NCBI GenBank assembly: GCA_028826165.1
Contig: JAPDFW010000060.1
Location: 124,001-188,000, forward strand
Direction of reading: 5' to 3'
DNA: 64,000 bases
DNA from: Anaeramoeba ignava BMAN
Taxonomy: Eukaryota; Protista; Anaeramoebae
Part shown: positions 1 to 12,204 of the stretch, one piece after another
Numbering within the stretch: position 1 is the first letter of the stretch
How the letters are laid out: every line of letters starts with the position of its first letter
The notes under the pieces: generated by a model
Seen by the model: only the letters and a program-made list of their open reading frames with translations
What the model was told of the DNA's origin: nothing
Databases searched by the model: none
Made by a program: the position numbers and the translations under genes

Positions 1-298
1 TCAATTTTAATTTCAATTTTAATTTTAATTTTAATTTTGATTTTAATTTTGATTTTAATTTTGATTTTAATTTTAATTTTTATTTCAATTTTGATTTTAA
101 TTTTAATTTTAATTTTAATTTTGATTTTCATTTAAATTTTGATTTTGATTTTAATTTTAATTTTGATTTTGATTTTAATTTTAATTTTAATTTTCTTTTT
201 CATTTTCATTTTGGTTTTAATTTTGATTTGAATTTTCATTTTCATTTTCTTTTTGATTTGTTTTGATCTTGATTTTCATTTTAATTTCAATTTTCAAT
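1..298. repeat. TTTTAA/TTTTGA/TTTTCA hexamer microsatellite, continuing out of the NQ/EN-encoding 3' end of the LRR-PP2C gene
   Basis: Direct reading of the hexamer periodicity; the ILIL/FDFD ORFs here are artefacts of it. Confidence 0.9.
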
Positions 299-3200
299 TT
301 AATCTCGGTTTTGATCTTGATTTTCATTTTCATTTTCATTTTCATTTTCATTTTCATTTTCTTTTTCTTTTTCTTTTTCTTTTTCTTTTTCTTTTTCGTT
401 TTGATTTTTGTTTTGATTTTGATTTTGATTTTGATTTTTATTAGTATCTTCTTGATTTGTTAATTGTTTATTTCTTTCTTCAGTAAGTTCATTAATAGTA
501 ACAGTAGCCAACTTTTCAAATTCATCATCAAAAACTTCATTAGAAACAAGATTAACAAAATTGTTTAGAGAAGAATGAGAATTTTGAGGAGAAATAAGAG
601 AAGATAAAGAAACAACAACAACAGAAATATTATCTAAAGATCCTCTATTCAAAGCGATATTTCTAAGTTTGACAGCAATAAGATTTGGATCCAAATGAGA
701 ATTATTATTAACAATATCAACAGCTTCTTGGTCAGAAATAACATCCCAAATACCATCACAACCCAAGATAATATGCTTTGTTTCTGGTGTGATTTCAAAT
801 GTTGTGATTTCGGGATCTGATGAAAAAAATGGTTGAAAAAGTATATCTCCAAGTCCTCTTGAAACTCCAAGAACTCCGTTAATTCTTCCATCTTCTGTTA
901 CTGAACCTCCTATTTCAAGTATTCTTTTTCTTTCTTCTACATCTGTTGGTTTATGATCTCGTGTTAATCTTATTCCAACTCCATTCTTGTTTAAAACTGC
1001 TCTGGAATCTCCACAATTAATTATATGACAAATTTTAGATGTTAGTAACGCAATAACAACTGTAGTTCCACTTTCTTCTCGTATGTTTTTGAATAGAATA
1101 TTGAATTTATTGAAAATTTGTGAAATTTTTTCTTTTAATTTTTCATCTTGATTAAAAATTTGATTTTCTAATTGATTTTCTAATTGATTTTCTAATTGAT
1201 TTTGATTTTCTAATTGATTTTCTAATTGATTTTCTAATTGATTTTGATTTTCTAAATGATTTTGATTTTCATTTTCATTTTCATTTTGATTTTGATTTTG
1301 ATTTTCATTTTGATTTTCATTTTCATTTTCATTTTCATTTTGATTTTCATTTTGATTTTCATTTTGATTTTCATTTTGATTTTCATTTTGATTTTCATTT
1401 TCATTTTCATTTTGATTTTGATTTTGATTTTGATTTTGATTTTTATTTTCATTTTGATTTTGATTTTCATTTTCATTTTGTGAAGGAAATATTTCATCAA
1501 CTATTTTGGATATTTCTTTGGAAATTAACAAAGATGCATAATTTGAACAATGTCTTCCACCATGACCATCATAAACACCAATAAAATCAATACTTAAATT
1601 CTTTCCAATATCACATTGAATATCAATTGCATCTTCCATTCCTGGTCTTCTTCCCCAAATTTCTGAATATCCAACTCCATGAAATTTACTTTTAAGATTA
1701 AATGCTTTTCCATTACATTTAGGAAATAAATTAGTATCATAATCAAAAATAAGTTCATTAAGATTTGGGAAGAAAGTTCTTGCTTTTAATAATTCACCAT
1801 TTTCCGAATATATTTGAAATTTTGTTAATTTATCTTGGAATTCATGTTCAATTGTATTTCCTTCAAGATGAACAATTTCTAATGTAGGATGATTTGAAAG
1901 TATTGAAAGATCTAAATTATTTGCATTATTATGAGAAATTTTCAAGCATTGGAATATTCTTAAATCTTTTAAATCTTTTAATTCTTCTGATGAAATTTTC
2001 GAAATTTTGTTGTGCGAAAGATCAAGTTCTTTTAATTTTTGTATTTGAGATAAGTTTTGTGGGAATTCTTGAATCAAATTAAATGAAAAATCAATTTTAA
2101 TATTCCATAAATTTGGAAAATAAGACATTTCAGCAAAATTGTTTGGAATTTTTTGGATGTTATTATTGCTTAGATTTAAAAACGAAATTTTTGGAAAGTG
2201 ACCAAAAGAATCAGGAATTTGAGGAATTGAATTTGAACTTGCATCAAATTCCCTTAAGTTACGAAGACATATTAAAGCAAATGGGAGTGAATTTAATTCA
2301 CAATTTGAAATGGATAATTGTTCAAGTGATTTACAACCAAGAATTTCTCGAGGAAAATTTACAAATCTAAATAAAAGCAAACAAATTTTGGTTTTAGGTT
2401 AAATTTCATTTTAAATTTAAATTTCATTTTTAATTTTATTTTCTTACTTGTTTTTTGATAAATTTAGTACAACTAAATTACTCAAATTTGAAAATGATTT
2501 TGGTAAAATTTCTAATTGATTATTTGCCAAAAGTAATTTAAATAATTTCATTTCCCCAAAATTTGATGGAAGTTGTGATATTTGATTTCCAGTTAAATCT
2601 AATTCGAAAAGATTTGGAAGATTAACAAGGCAATCTGGAAATTCTTGAAGATTGTTCTTTTCAATAGATAAAGATGCGAGTGTTGTTAAATTTGCAAATG
2701 AAGATGGAAGTTTTTCAAGTTTGTTAAAACGTAAAACAATTTGACTTAAAATCGGAAGATTATTGAAAAAGTTTTCAGGAAAAGAAGTGATATTATTTTC
2801 AGTTAAATCAAGTGAAACTAATTTTGGAAGATTAAGTTGTAAAGGAACAAGTTTTTTTGTTTTAATTTGATTTTCATTTTCAATTTCTTTTTTAATTTGA
2901 TTTTCATTTTCATTTTCTAATTGATTTTGATTTTCATTTTCATTTTGATTTTTTCATTTTGATTTTCTTTTTCATTTTCATTTTCTTTTTCATTTTCTTT
3001 TTCATTTTCCATTTTACTTTCGCTCGTTAAATTAATGTTGCAATTAGTCAAATATAAGGTTCGAAGTTCAGGTAAATTTATAATTGATATTGGAAATTCT
3101 TGTAAATTATTATAAGATAACCCAAGTTCACTAAGAGAAGTTAAGTATTGAAAAGAATCAGGAATATTTTGAATATTGTTATGTTGAAGATGAATAGTTT

Positions 3201-3924
3201 TAAGACTGGAAAGACCTTTGAAATCATCATGAATATATTGAATTCCATTCCATTTTAAAGAAAGTCTTTGTAATTTTGTTAATTGGTGAATTCCATTAGG
3301 AATTTCGATAATTTTATTTGAATTCATAATCAATGTTTCAAGATTTGGAAGATTGCAAATTGAAAGAGGAAAATGAACGAATTTATTATCAGTTAAAGTG
3401 ATTCTTTTTAAGGATTTTAAGTTTGCAAAAGAATCAGGAAGTTCATGTAAATTATTTGATTCCAAATCAAAAGATTCTAAAGAAACTAAGTCGCCAAAAG
3501 AAGAAGATATTTTGGATATTTTATTGTGAAAAAAAGTAACTGATGTCAATGCTGTCAGTGATTTATAATCAAGATCAGGTAAACTTTCAATTTTGTTTTT
3601 GAACATTTCTAGCGTTTGTAAATTAGTTAGTTTTACTAAATCAGGAGGAAATTTTTCAAAGTTATTGAAATTAAGAATCAAAAATTTAAGAGATTGAATT
3701 TTAGTTAAATTTTGTGGAAGAGAAGTTAATTCATTTGAACTGAGATTGATTAATGTCAATGTTTTCTTTTTTGTTAATGCTATTGGAAGTGTTGTTATTT
3801 GGTTTCCTTGTAAAATTAATATTTTTAAGTGAGGATATTTGCTTAAATCTTCTGGTATTTTTTTGAGGTTTTGGTTCACAAAAGTTAATCTTTCTACATC
3901 AAATTTTTTTGGTGTATTCCCCAT
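299..3924 (-). CDS. N-myristoylated leucine-rich-repeat + PP2C (PPM) protein phosphatase, PHLPP-like architecture; one intron (2367-2447) and an apparent 1-nt deletion near 2950
   Basis: ORF 2917-3924 starts MGNTPKK and carries many LxxLxLxxNxL repeats. LRRs resume in another frame after the homopolymer at ~2950 (LNLPKLVSLDLTENNITSFP...NLVVLNLSKN). A GTAAG...TTTAG intron then joins to ORF 299-2380, which has PP2C motifs GRRPGMED, GVYDGHGG, NCGDSRAV, DHKP, LGVSRGLGD, GCDGIWD and DNIS. Confidence 0.88.
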
Positions 3925-4267
3925 TATTATTTATTATTAAAAATTATTATTAAAAAATTATAAAAAAAAAATGAATTTAAAAATAAAAAAAATTATTTTT
4001 TTTTTCTCCTTTTATTATTTTTTTTTGGATTTTCTCCCTTTTTGTTATTTATTTATTTTTCTTTTTCTTTTATTTTTATTTTATTTAAAGAGAATTTTGT
4101 CAAATTTAAATTTCCAAATTTGTTTTTGTTTTTGTTTTTGTTTTTGTTTTTGTTTTTGTTTTTGTTTTTGTTTTTGTTTTTTTCGATCTTTTATTTAAGA
4201 TCATTTTTATTTCTTTTTTTTTTTTTATTCATTTTTTTTTGTTTTCTAAAATTAAAAATAATTAATA

Positions 4268-5647
4268 ATGATTAAGAATTCTTTTGCTTCAAATTGGAAA
4301 GAACAAAAAAAATTAATCCAAAATTCCAATTTCTTTTCACCAAATCAAATAGAAGAAAAAATAGATCAATTCAATCTTCTTTCAATTAGACCAATTAGTA
4401 TGCTTTCAAAAAATGAAAAAAAAAGAGATCAAAAACAAAAAAAACATCAATTTATTAGACCTCATACATCTTTTGGGAATCGACCTAAAAATCAATTCCA
4501 AAATTCAAAAACAAAATCCTTTTCAAAAGTGGAAAAAAAAATGACTGAATCTCAAGCTCTTCTTAATTGTGTTTTTGATCAAAATTACCGAATAATCCCT
4601 TTTAAATTTCAAATGTTTTATGCAAAAATTTCTCCTCATTCATTTTATCAACTCGATCCAGTTTCCAAAAGGGAAATCATTAATCAAAATAAATATGCAG
4701 TTATATCTCGAAAAGGAATCACAATTTATGAAAATAAAATGTCTGAATTTGTTCCCATTAAAATATGGATCAAAGAAAAATATAGTTTTAAATTAATATC
4801 CAAAATTCCAACTTTCAAAAATTTTTTTCTTCATCGATTTTTTGGGATTCTTCTTAAAAATTCAAGAAAGGAGAGATTTCAAAGAAAAAGGAACAAAATT
4901 TCCAAAAGTCCACTTTTCAGAAATTTTTTGTTTCGAGATTTTTTGGTTAGAATCAATTCAATTTGTATCAATAAGATTGTTCCAACTCCTCTTTTCACAA
5001 TTCAAAATCCACAAAATGCTTATTCAATTGAGAAAATATTGCAAACTCAAGAAACTCAAACAAAAATTGTGAAAAAAGAAATGAAGAATATACTGCAAGT
5101 AATCCATCAAATCATTTTGGAAACAATTAGAAAAATTAGTGATCCGAAAAGATCCAAAATTGATGAAAAAATGCTTGAAAAATTTGAGAAAAGAAATCCA
5201 AAAAAAGATCAAATTATCAAACAATTTGAAGAGAAAATTAAAATGGAAAGAGAATTAGCAAAACAAATTAATGAGGAAATTTATTATTTGTCAAAATTTA
5301 TTAGATTAGTTGATTTTTTAGTGTTTGATTCTTTGCAAAAAGCAATTGAAAATGGGATTAATCAAATTGATGAAATTTTGATCCAAAAATTACTTTCCAT
5401 TTTCAAAGTTGAAGTTGAAATTCCTTTTCAATTCCAAATTTCAGAAATTAAATCACAAGTTTTGGGAATGGTTTTAAACACTTCAAATGAAGTTCTTTCT
5501 TTACCAAGAATAAGAAAAAAAGAGGAATTCAAAGATTTTTTCTCAGTTAATCAAATTGAAAATGAAGAAATTGATTTTGGATTAAAAAACAAAATTGAAA
5601 AAATTTTGAAACGAATTGATTCAGAAAATTTCCAAAAGAAATTTTAA
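4268..5647 (+). CDS. Protein resembling only the N-terminal tail of inner-arm axonemal dynein heavy chain (DNAH6/DNAH14 type); truncated, possibly a pseudogene
   Basis: Intronless 459-aa ORF. Segments FYQLDPVS...YAVISRKGITIYENKMSEFVPIKIWIKEKYSFKLISKIPTFKNF and LSKFIRLVDFLVFDSL recall the DNAH6 tail (recognised from memory, not searched). A convergent gene ends at 5914, so no motor domain can follow. Confidence 0.6.
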   Translation: MIKNSFASNWKEQKKLIQNSNFFSPNQIEEKIDQFNLLSIRPISMLSKNEKKRDQKQKKHQFIRPHTSFGNRPKNQFQNSKTKSFSKVEKKMTESQALLNCVFDQNYRIIPFKFQMFYAKISPHSFYQLDPVSKREIINQNKYAVISRKGITIYENKMSEFVPIKIWIKEKYSFKLISKIPTFKNFFLHRFFGILLKNSRKERFQRKRNKISKSPLFRNFLFRDFLVRINSICINKIVPTPLFTIQNPQNAYSIEKILQTQETQTKIVKKEMKNILQVIHQIILETIRKISDPKRSKIDEKMLEKFEKRNPKKDQIIKQFEEKIKMERELAKQINEEIYYLSKFIRLVDFLVFDSLQKAIENGINQIDEILIQKLLSIFKVEVEIPFQFQISEIKSQVLGMVLNTSNEVLSLPRIRKKEEFKDFFSVNQIENEEIDFGLKNKIEKILKRIDSENFQKKF

Positions 5648-5913
5648 GAGAAATTGAGGAAAAAAAAAAGAGGATCAAAATTTGATAATTGAAAAGGTAA
5701 ACAAACTTCCAAATGAATTTGGGAAGATAATTTTTTTTAGTTTTGAGAAATTAAAGAATGAAATTAATCAATCAATCAATTTAAATAAGAATAAGAATAA
5801 GAATAAGAATAAGTTTTTTTTTTTTTGGAATTTCAAATTTAGAACAAAAAATGAAAAAAAAAAAAAACAAATAACAATCTGAATTAGAATTAAAATTAAA
5901 ATTAAAATTAGAA

Positions 5914-8900
5914 TTAGTTTTTCAATAAAGATTCAATAACAGATTCAGTGGCATTATTAGGAGCAGGATTTAAACCTAAAATGTTGCAAAGAAGAATATA
6001 TAAGTTCAAGTTATCAAAAACAGGTTGATTATATTTATCAACAAAAGCAGGACCATGAGCCATGAAAATACCAGTCATTTCTGGATAAAGAAATGGATTA
6101 AAGCCATGATTTCCACCTTGAAACCAATCAGGATGAGCTGAGAATTGGGGATGAGTTGTAACAGACCAACCCAAAGCAGCAATACCAATTATTGGAGTTA
6201 TTCTGACACTATCATTATAATGAAGATCAAGAGGTGTTTCCTCTTTACGATAAACAGTGTAATTTGGATGGACATTATGCAAAGCATTATAAACAAAATC
6301 CTCTTTGCCAACACTAGGTAAAATGGCTGTAATTGGAGACCAATCGATGATTGTTGCGTCGTATTCTGTATCTTGGAAATCTTCCAGATTGAGTGAGTTT
6401 TGGATTAAATTCAAGTTCAAGTCATGGAATTTATTATAACTGTATTCTTGCGGAATACTTTTTGTTGAAATGTTAAGATAATCATCCAAGAAAATTACTT
6501 GTGAAGTTGATATTGTTGCCATTCCGTGATCTGATACAACTATTAGATTAATTTTATCAAAAATATCACGTTCTTTTAATCCGTCTATTAATGTTCCTAT
6601 TATTGTATCATCGTATTCTACTGCTGATATTACTTCTGGAGAAAGAGGTCCATGAAGATGACCTTCTGTATCAACGTTTTCAAAGTAAAGTGTAATTAAA
6701 TTAGGTCTTTCTGATTCTTTTATATATTTTTTTACAAATTAATTAAAGATGAATTTATGTTGAAGTTATAGATGAAAAATTAAAATTATAGAAGATTTAT
6801 ACGAGGTAAATCAATCCAGTCTAAAACTTTTTGAACTCGATCTTGATAAGGAACGCTTTGGTTATAAATTTCATAATAAGTTGGGCGAAAATCCTGAATT
6901 TTAGCCTTTTTTTTTTTAAAAAAAACAATTTAAACACAATTTAAATATAATTTAAAATATAATTTAAATATAATTTAAATATAATTTAAATATAATTTAA
7001 ACAATTTAAACAATTTTAAATATAATTTAAAACATAATTTAAATATAATTTAAATATAATTTAAACATAATTTAAACATAATTTAAACAATTTAAATATA
7101 ATTTAAATATAAATTAAATATAATTTAAATATAATTTAAATACAATTTAAACAATTTAAACATAATTTAAATATAATTTAAACATAATTTAAACAATTTA
7201 AATATAATTTAAACAATTTAAATATAATTTAAAACAATTTAAATATAATTTAAAATAATTTTAAACATAATTTAAATATAATTTAAACATAATTTAAAAC
7301 AATAATTTAAATATAATTTAAATATAATTTAAATATAATTTAAATATAATTTAAATATAATTTAAATATAATTTAAATATAATTTAAATATAATTTAAAT
7401 ATAATTTAAATATAATTTAAACATAATTTAAATATAATTTAAAAACATAATTTAAATATAATTTAAACATAATTTAAATATAAACAATTTAAACAATTTA
7501 AAACACAATTTAAATATAATTTAAAACATAATTTAAACAATTTAATTTAAATATAATTTAAACATAATTTAAAACAATTTAAATATAATTTAAATATAAT
7601 TTAAACATAATTTAAATATAATTTAAATATAATTTAAATATAATTTAAACACAATTTAAAACAATTTAAAACAATTTTAAAACAATTTAAAAATAATTTA
7701 AACAATTTAAATATAATTTAAATATAATTTAAATACAATTTAAACAATTTAAACATAATTTAAACAATTTAAACAATTTAAAAACAATTTAAAAATAATT
7801 TAAACAATTTAAAAACAATTTAAACAATTTAAACACAATTTAAACAATTTAAACAATTTAAACAATTTAAACAATTTAAAAACAATTTAAACACAATTTA
7901 AATATAATTTAAACATAATTTAAACATAATTTAAATAATTTAAGCATAAATTCCAATAGTTACTTCAGATCCAGGCCAGAAATAGCAACCAGTTTTATAA
8001 CCTTGTAATTCATTAGTTACCCAAATTGGTTCTCCTAACCACCAATAGGATTCTAAAGATTCATTTGTACCCATTACGAAAGTTTTATTAATAATTGGAT
8101 CGAAAAAAGTATTTGCAACTATTCCATTGTATTCAGGATATAATCCAGTGACCATTGTATAATGTGAAACAAAACTAGGAATATTTGAAATAATAATTTT
8201 AATTTATATTTTAATTTTAATTTTCATTTGTATTTTAATTATAATTTTAATTTGTATTTGAATTCGTATTTAAATTTTAATTATAATTTTAATTTGTATT
8301 TGTATTTGTATTTAAATTTTAATTTGTATTTGTATTTGTATTTGTATTTGTATTTGTATTTGTATTTGTATTTGAATTTGTATTTGTATTTGTATTTGAA
8401 TTTTAATTTTAATTTGTATTTAAATTTGTATTTGTATTTGTATTTGAATTTGAATTTGAATTTGTATTTTAATTTGAATTTGTATTTGAATTTGAATTTG
8501 AATTTGAATTTGAATTTGTATTTGAATTTAAATTTGTATTTGTATTTGTATTTGAATTTGTATTTGTATTTGTATTTGAATTTGTATTTGTATTTGTATT
8601 TGAATTTAAATTTGTATTTGAATTTTAATTTTAATTTGTATTTAAATTTGTATTTGTATTTGTATTTTAATTTTAATTTTGAATTTGTATTTGTATTTGT
8701 ATTTGTATTTGTATTTGTATTTGTATTTGTATTTGTATTTGTATTTGTATTTGTATTTGTATTTGTATTTGTATTTGTATTTGTATTTGTATTTGTATTT
8801 GTATTTGAATTTTAATTTGTATTTGAATTCATAAAATTGAATATTTTAAAAGAATTATTAAAGAATTATTAAAGAATTATTGAAATTGTAATGTACGTTT

Positions 8901-9312
8901 TGCTTGGAAAAGGAGGCCTAAATCCATCAGAACTTATTTGACTTTTAATTAAATCAAGATTAGGAGTTTGACAATAATTAGCATAATCCCAACGAAAAGC
9001 ATCAATACTTATCAAAATAACAGATTTTTCAAAACTAGGAGGCATTGAAATTGTTGAAGTATCTTGAGAAATATGTTTATTTATAACCAAAGAAACAACA
9101 ATAACTGAAACAAAAAGAAAAGCCATTAAAATTGTTAATTTAACAACTAATGGAAATTTCCCCTTTTTTTTTGCTCGATCTTCTATTGTTATTGATTTCT
9201 CTTGATCCCTTCCAAGCAATTTTTCTTCTTGTTCGCTATTCGATGAAACTGCATTTGCAATTTGTTCAACTTCTTCATTTGAATTAATTTCTGGATAAAT
9301 TGGTTTTGACAT
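5914..9312 (-). CDS. Ectonucleotide pyrophosphatase/phosphodiesterase (ENPP4/5-like, alkaline phosphatase superfamily), type II membrane protein, 4 exons
   Basis: Spliced reading: MSKPIY...TM helix...LISIDAFRWDY...FPSKT|FVSHYTMVTGLYPEYNGIVAN...WWLGEPIW...FWPGSE|AKIQDFRP...LDWIDLP|QSERPNLITLYFENVDTEGHLHGP...VSDHGM...GNHGF...IFMAHGPAF...PNN. All three introns are GT-AG. Confidence 0.92.
6925..7940. repeat. ~11-nt AATTTAAATAT/AATTTAAAC minisatellite filling ENPP intron 2
   Basis: Direct reading. Confidence 0.9.
8195..8830. repeat. TTTGTA/TTTGAA hexamer microsatellite filling ENPP intron 1
   Basis: Direct reading. Confidence 0.9.
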
Positions 9313-9396
9313 TAAAGAAGGTAAGAAAAATAAAAAATAAAAAAATGAAAAAAAAATATTCAAAAAAAAAAATTATTTTTTCATTTTTTTTCTTTT
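9313..9396. promoter_or_regulatory. Compact divergent promoter between the ENPP and DSP genes, with a TTTTCATTTT initiator-like element on each strand
   Basis: 84 nt separate the two start codons. aaaatgaaaa at ~9341 serves the minus strand and ttttcatttt at ~9378 serves the plus strand. Confidence 0.55.
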
Positions 9397-11130
9397 ATGT
9401 CTTCTATTTCTCATCATAAACTTTATAATCTTCTTGTAGAGAATTATAACGCTAGACTCCTTATTCTTGATTTGAGAGATCCTATTAAATTTAAAGAGAA
9501 ATGTATTCCTTTTTCTTATAATGTTTTGAATGAAAAAAAAGGAACAATAACAGATTCAATTATAAATAGTTATCAAAAAAGACTTATTGAAATTGAAAAG
9601 ATAGAAAGGATTATTTTAGTAACAGATGAATTAGAAAATGAATTAGAAAATAAATTAGAAAATCAATTAGAAAATCAATTAGGAAATCAATTAGAAAATA
9701 AATTAGAAAATAAATTAGAAAATCAATTAGAAAATCAATTAGAAAATCAATTAGAAAATAAATTAGAAAATAAATTAGAAAATGAATTAGGAGATGAATT
9801 AGAAAATAAATTAGAAAATGAATTAGAAAATAAATTAGAAAATCAATTAGAAAATAAATTAGAAAATGAATTAGAAAATGAATTAGAAAATGAATTAGAA
9901 AATAAATTAGAAAATCAATTAGAAAATAAATTAGAAAATAAATTAGAAAATCAATTAGAAAATAAATTAGAAAATCAATTAGGAAATAAATTAGAAAATA
10001 AATTAGAAAATGAATTAGGAGATGGATTAGAAAATCAATTAGAAAATGAATTAGAAAATGAATTAGAAAATAAATTAGAAAATGAATTAGAAAATGAATT
10101 AGAAAATGAATTAGAAAATAAATTAGAAAATAAATTAGAAAATCAATTAGAAAATCAATTAGAAAATGAATTAGAAAATCAATTAGAAAATGAATTAGAA
10201 AATAAATTAGAAAATCAATTAGAAAATCAATTAGAAAATCAATTAGAAAATCAATTAGAAAATGAATTAGAAAATCAATTAGAAAATGAATTAGAAAATG
10301 AATTAGAAAATGAATTAGAAAATCAATTAGAAAATCAATTAGAAAATCAATTAGAAAATCAATTAGAAAATCAATTAGAAAATCAATTAGGAAATAAATT
10401 AGAAAATAAATTAGAAAATCAAAATATAAATGAAAAATATAATTTAATTATAACAAAATTCCTCAATAGATGGAAAAAAGAAATTTCAGAAAATCAACCT
10501 GAAAAAACAAATATAATTAAATATCTCAATGAATTAACTCCAAAAGTATTTATTCTTGAAGGAGGAGTTGAAAGTTTTGAGAAAAGTTTTAGTAAATTAT
10601 GCCGATTAGATAAAATGAAATTTTTTCATGGATGGACACTTGATTCAAAACCAGATTCAACAATTCCAATGAGTATGGATTTTCCCAATGAAATTATTCC
10701 AGATTTCTTGTTTTTAGGATGTTGGGAAGGAGCAAGAAACCCAGTAGTAATTGAAACATTACAAATCAATAAAATTGTTAATTGTTGTGCTGGATGTTCA
10801 AATAGTTTTGAAAAAGATCCAAAAATTCAAGTTAATTATTTGAATATTGATATTGAAGATGAAACAAGTGTTGATATCATTCAATACATTGAAACTGTTT
10901 TTGATTTTTTGGAATCCGCTCAAAATCAAAATCAAAGGGTTTTTGTTCATTGTCTTGCCGGAATTAGTCGTTCAAGTTCTTTTGTTATTGGTTACTTGAT
11001 GAGAAAATTCTCTTGGGATTTTGAAACAGCAAAAAAATTTGTTAAAGAAAAAAGACCTGAAATTCGTCCAAATCGTGGATTTGAAAATCAACTTAGAAGA
11101 TTTGAGAAAATTAATAAAAAAATCAATTAA
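9397..11130 (+). CDS. Dual-specificity (MAP kinase-type) phosphatase with an N-terminal rhodanese/CH2 domain split by a long LEN[E/Q/K] repeat
   Basis: The rhodanese halves LLILDLRD...CIPFSYNV and VFILEGGVESF flank the repeat. The DSP domain runs PNEIIPDFLFLG...VFVHCLAGISRS...RPEIRPNRGFENQL. Confidence 0.92.
   Translation: MSSISHHKLYNLLVENYNARLLILDLRDPIKFKEKCIPFSYNVLNEKKGTITDSIINSYQKRLIEIEKIERIILVTDELENELENKLENQLENQLGNQLENKLENKLENQLENQLENQLENKLENKLENELGDELENKLENELENKLENQLENKLENELENELENELENKLENQLENKLENKLENQLENKLENQLGNKLENKLENELGDGLENQLENELENELENKLENELENELENELENKLENKLENQLENQLENELENQLENELENKLENQLENQLENQLENQLENELENQLENELENELENELENQLENQLENQLENQLENQLENQLGNKLENKLENQNINEKYNLIITKFLNRWKKEISENQPEKTNIIKYLNELTPKVFILEGGVESFEKSFSKLCRLDKMKFFHGWTLDSKPDSTIPMSMDFPNEIIPDFLFLGCWEGARNPVVIETLQINKIVNCCAGCSNSFEKDPKIQVNYLNIDIEDETSVDIIQYIETVFDFLESAQNQNQRVFVHCLAGISRSSSFVIGYLMRKFSWDFETAKKFVKEKRPEIRPNRGFENQLRRFEKINKKIN
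9628..10419 (+). repeat. Coding 12-nt tandem repeat TTAGAAAAT[G/C/A]AA, about 66 units
   Basis: Direct reading; in frame within the DSP ORF. Confidence 0.95.
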
Positions 11131-11337
11131 AAAAAATTTTTTTTTTCATTTTTTTTTTTCATTTTTTTTCTTTACAAAAAATAATAAAATTAATTTAAAT
11201 TTAATGGAGGATGAAGAAAGAAAATTTAACGCAGAAATTTGAAACATGATTTTCAAATGATTAAAATTATTCTTGGCTGACTCCATTTAAATTAAAAATT
11301 TAAAAATTAAAAAAATTAAAAAAATTTTTTTTTCTTT

Positions 11338-12168
11338 TTATTTTTTTTCTTCAATTAAAGAAATTTGTAAAAGAAGTAAAGAATGATCAGTTGCATCATT
11401 TTCAATCATATCAAAAGAATCCAAAGTGAATTTTGAGTTAATTAAGGAATTCTGGATAAAAATATAGTCAATTCTTGTTCCAATCCAACAAGAAAAAGCA
11501 TCAAGTTGATTTGGATGAATAGCTTTCCAAGAATCAATATAATTGAGATTTGAAGTGATTTCCTGATAAATATCATAAACAGGAGATTCCCAAGAATTTT
11601 TAAGTCTTGTCTCAAAAATTTGGAGGTTTTTCTTTTTGGAATAATCTGATTTGGAACTAAGTGAGTTGAAGTCACCAATTAAAAAATGTGGAACAATTTT
11701 ATTTTCCGTTAAAAAATTGTTCATTATTTTCACCTGTTCAAGTCGAGTTTGTTCTGAAATATGATCGAGATGAAGAACGCAAAAGTTAAAGTTTTCATTT
11801 TCCAATTTAATTGAGACAATTCCAAAGCTTCTTTTTTGGAAATTTTTGACTTTTAATTTTTGGAAAGCAATTTTTTGTGATTGGAATTTTTTTTTGACTA
11901 AAATTGCGTTTCCGAATTTCTTGTGGTTTGCTGAGAAGAAAAAGTAGTTGCAATCGAGTTGTTCTGCGAGGTGTTGTAAGACCACAACTGGTTCTTTTTT
12001 GTTTTCTATTTTGTAGTGATCTGGATGATAAACTTCTTCTAAAGCGAGAATATCGATATCTAATGGTTTTAAAAGGTCTAAGAATTGTAGGAATGAGTAA
12101 TGATTTGATTTATCTCTCCAACCGTGAGCGTTTAGTGATGCTATTTTAAAGGATTTTTGTTTTTCCAT
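11338..12168 (-). CDS. Endonuclease/exonuclease/phosphatase (EEP) domain protein
   Basis: Motifs IASLN, DILALEEV, GNAIL, HLDH, LIGDFNS, RIDYIF and TDH; intronless. Confidence 0.9.
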   Translation of the reverse strand: MEKQKSFKIASLNAHGWRDKSNHYSFLQFLDLLKPLDIDILALEEVYHPDHYKIENKKEPVVVLQHLAEQLDCNYFFFSANHKKFGNAILVKKKFQSQKIAFQKLKVKNFQKRSFGIVSIKLENENFNFCVLHLDHISEQTRLEQVKIMNNFLTENKIVPHFLIGDFNSLSSKSDYSKKKNLQIFETRLKNSWESPVYDIYQEITSNLNYIDSWKAIHPNQLDAFSCWIGTRIDYIFIQNSLINSKFTLDSFDMIENDATDHSLLLLQISLIEEKK

Positions 12169-12204
12169 TTTAATAAAAGAAAAAAATGAAAAAATGAAAT
12201 TTAG

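Noticed and set aside
1160-1485. Insertions within the PP2C and rhodanese domains as inteins
   Set aside because: They are pure low-complexity repeats with no N-terminal Cys/Ser block, His-Asn terminus or endonuclease motifs.
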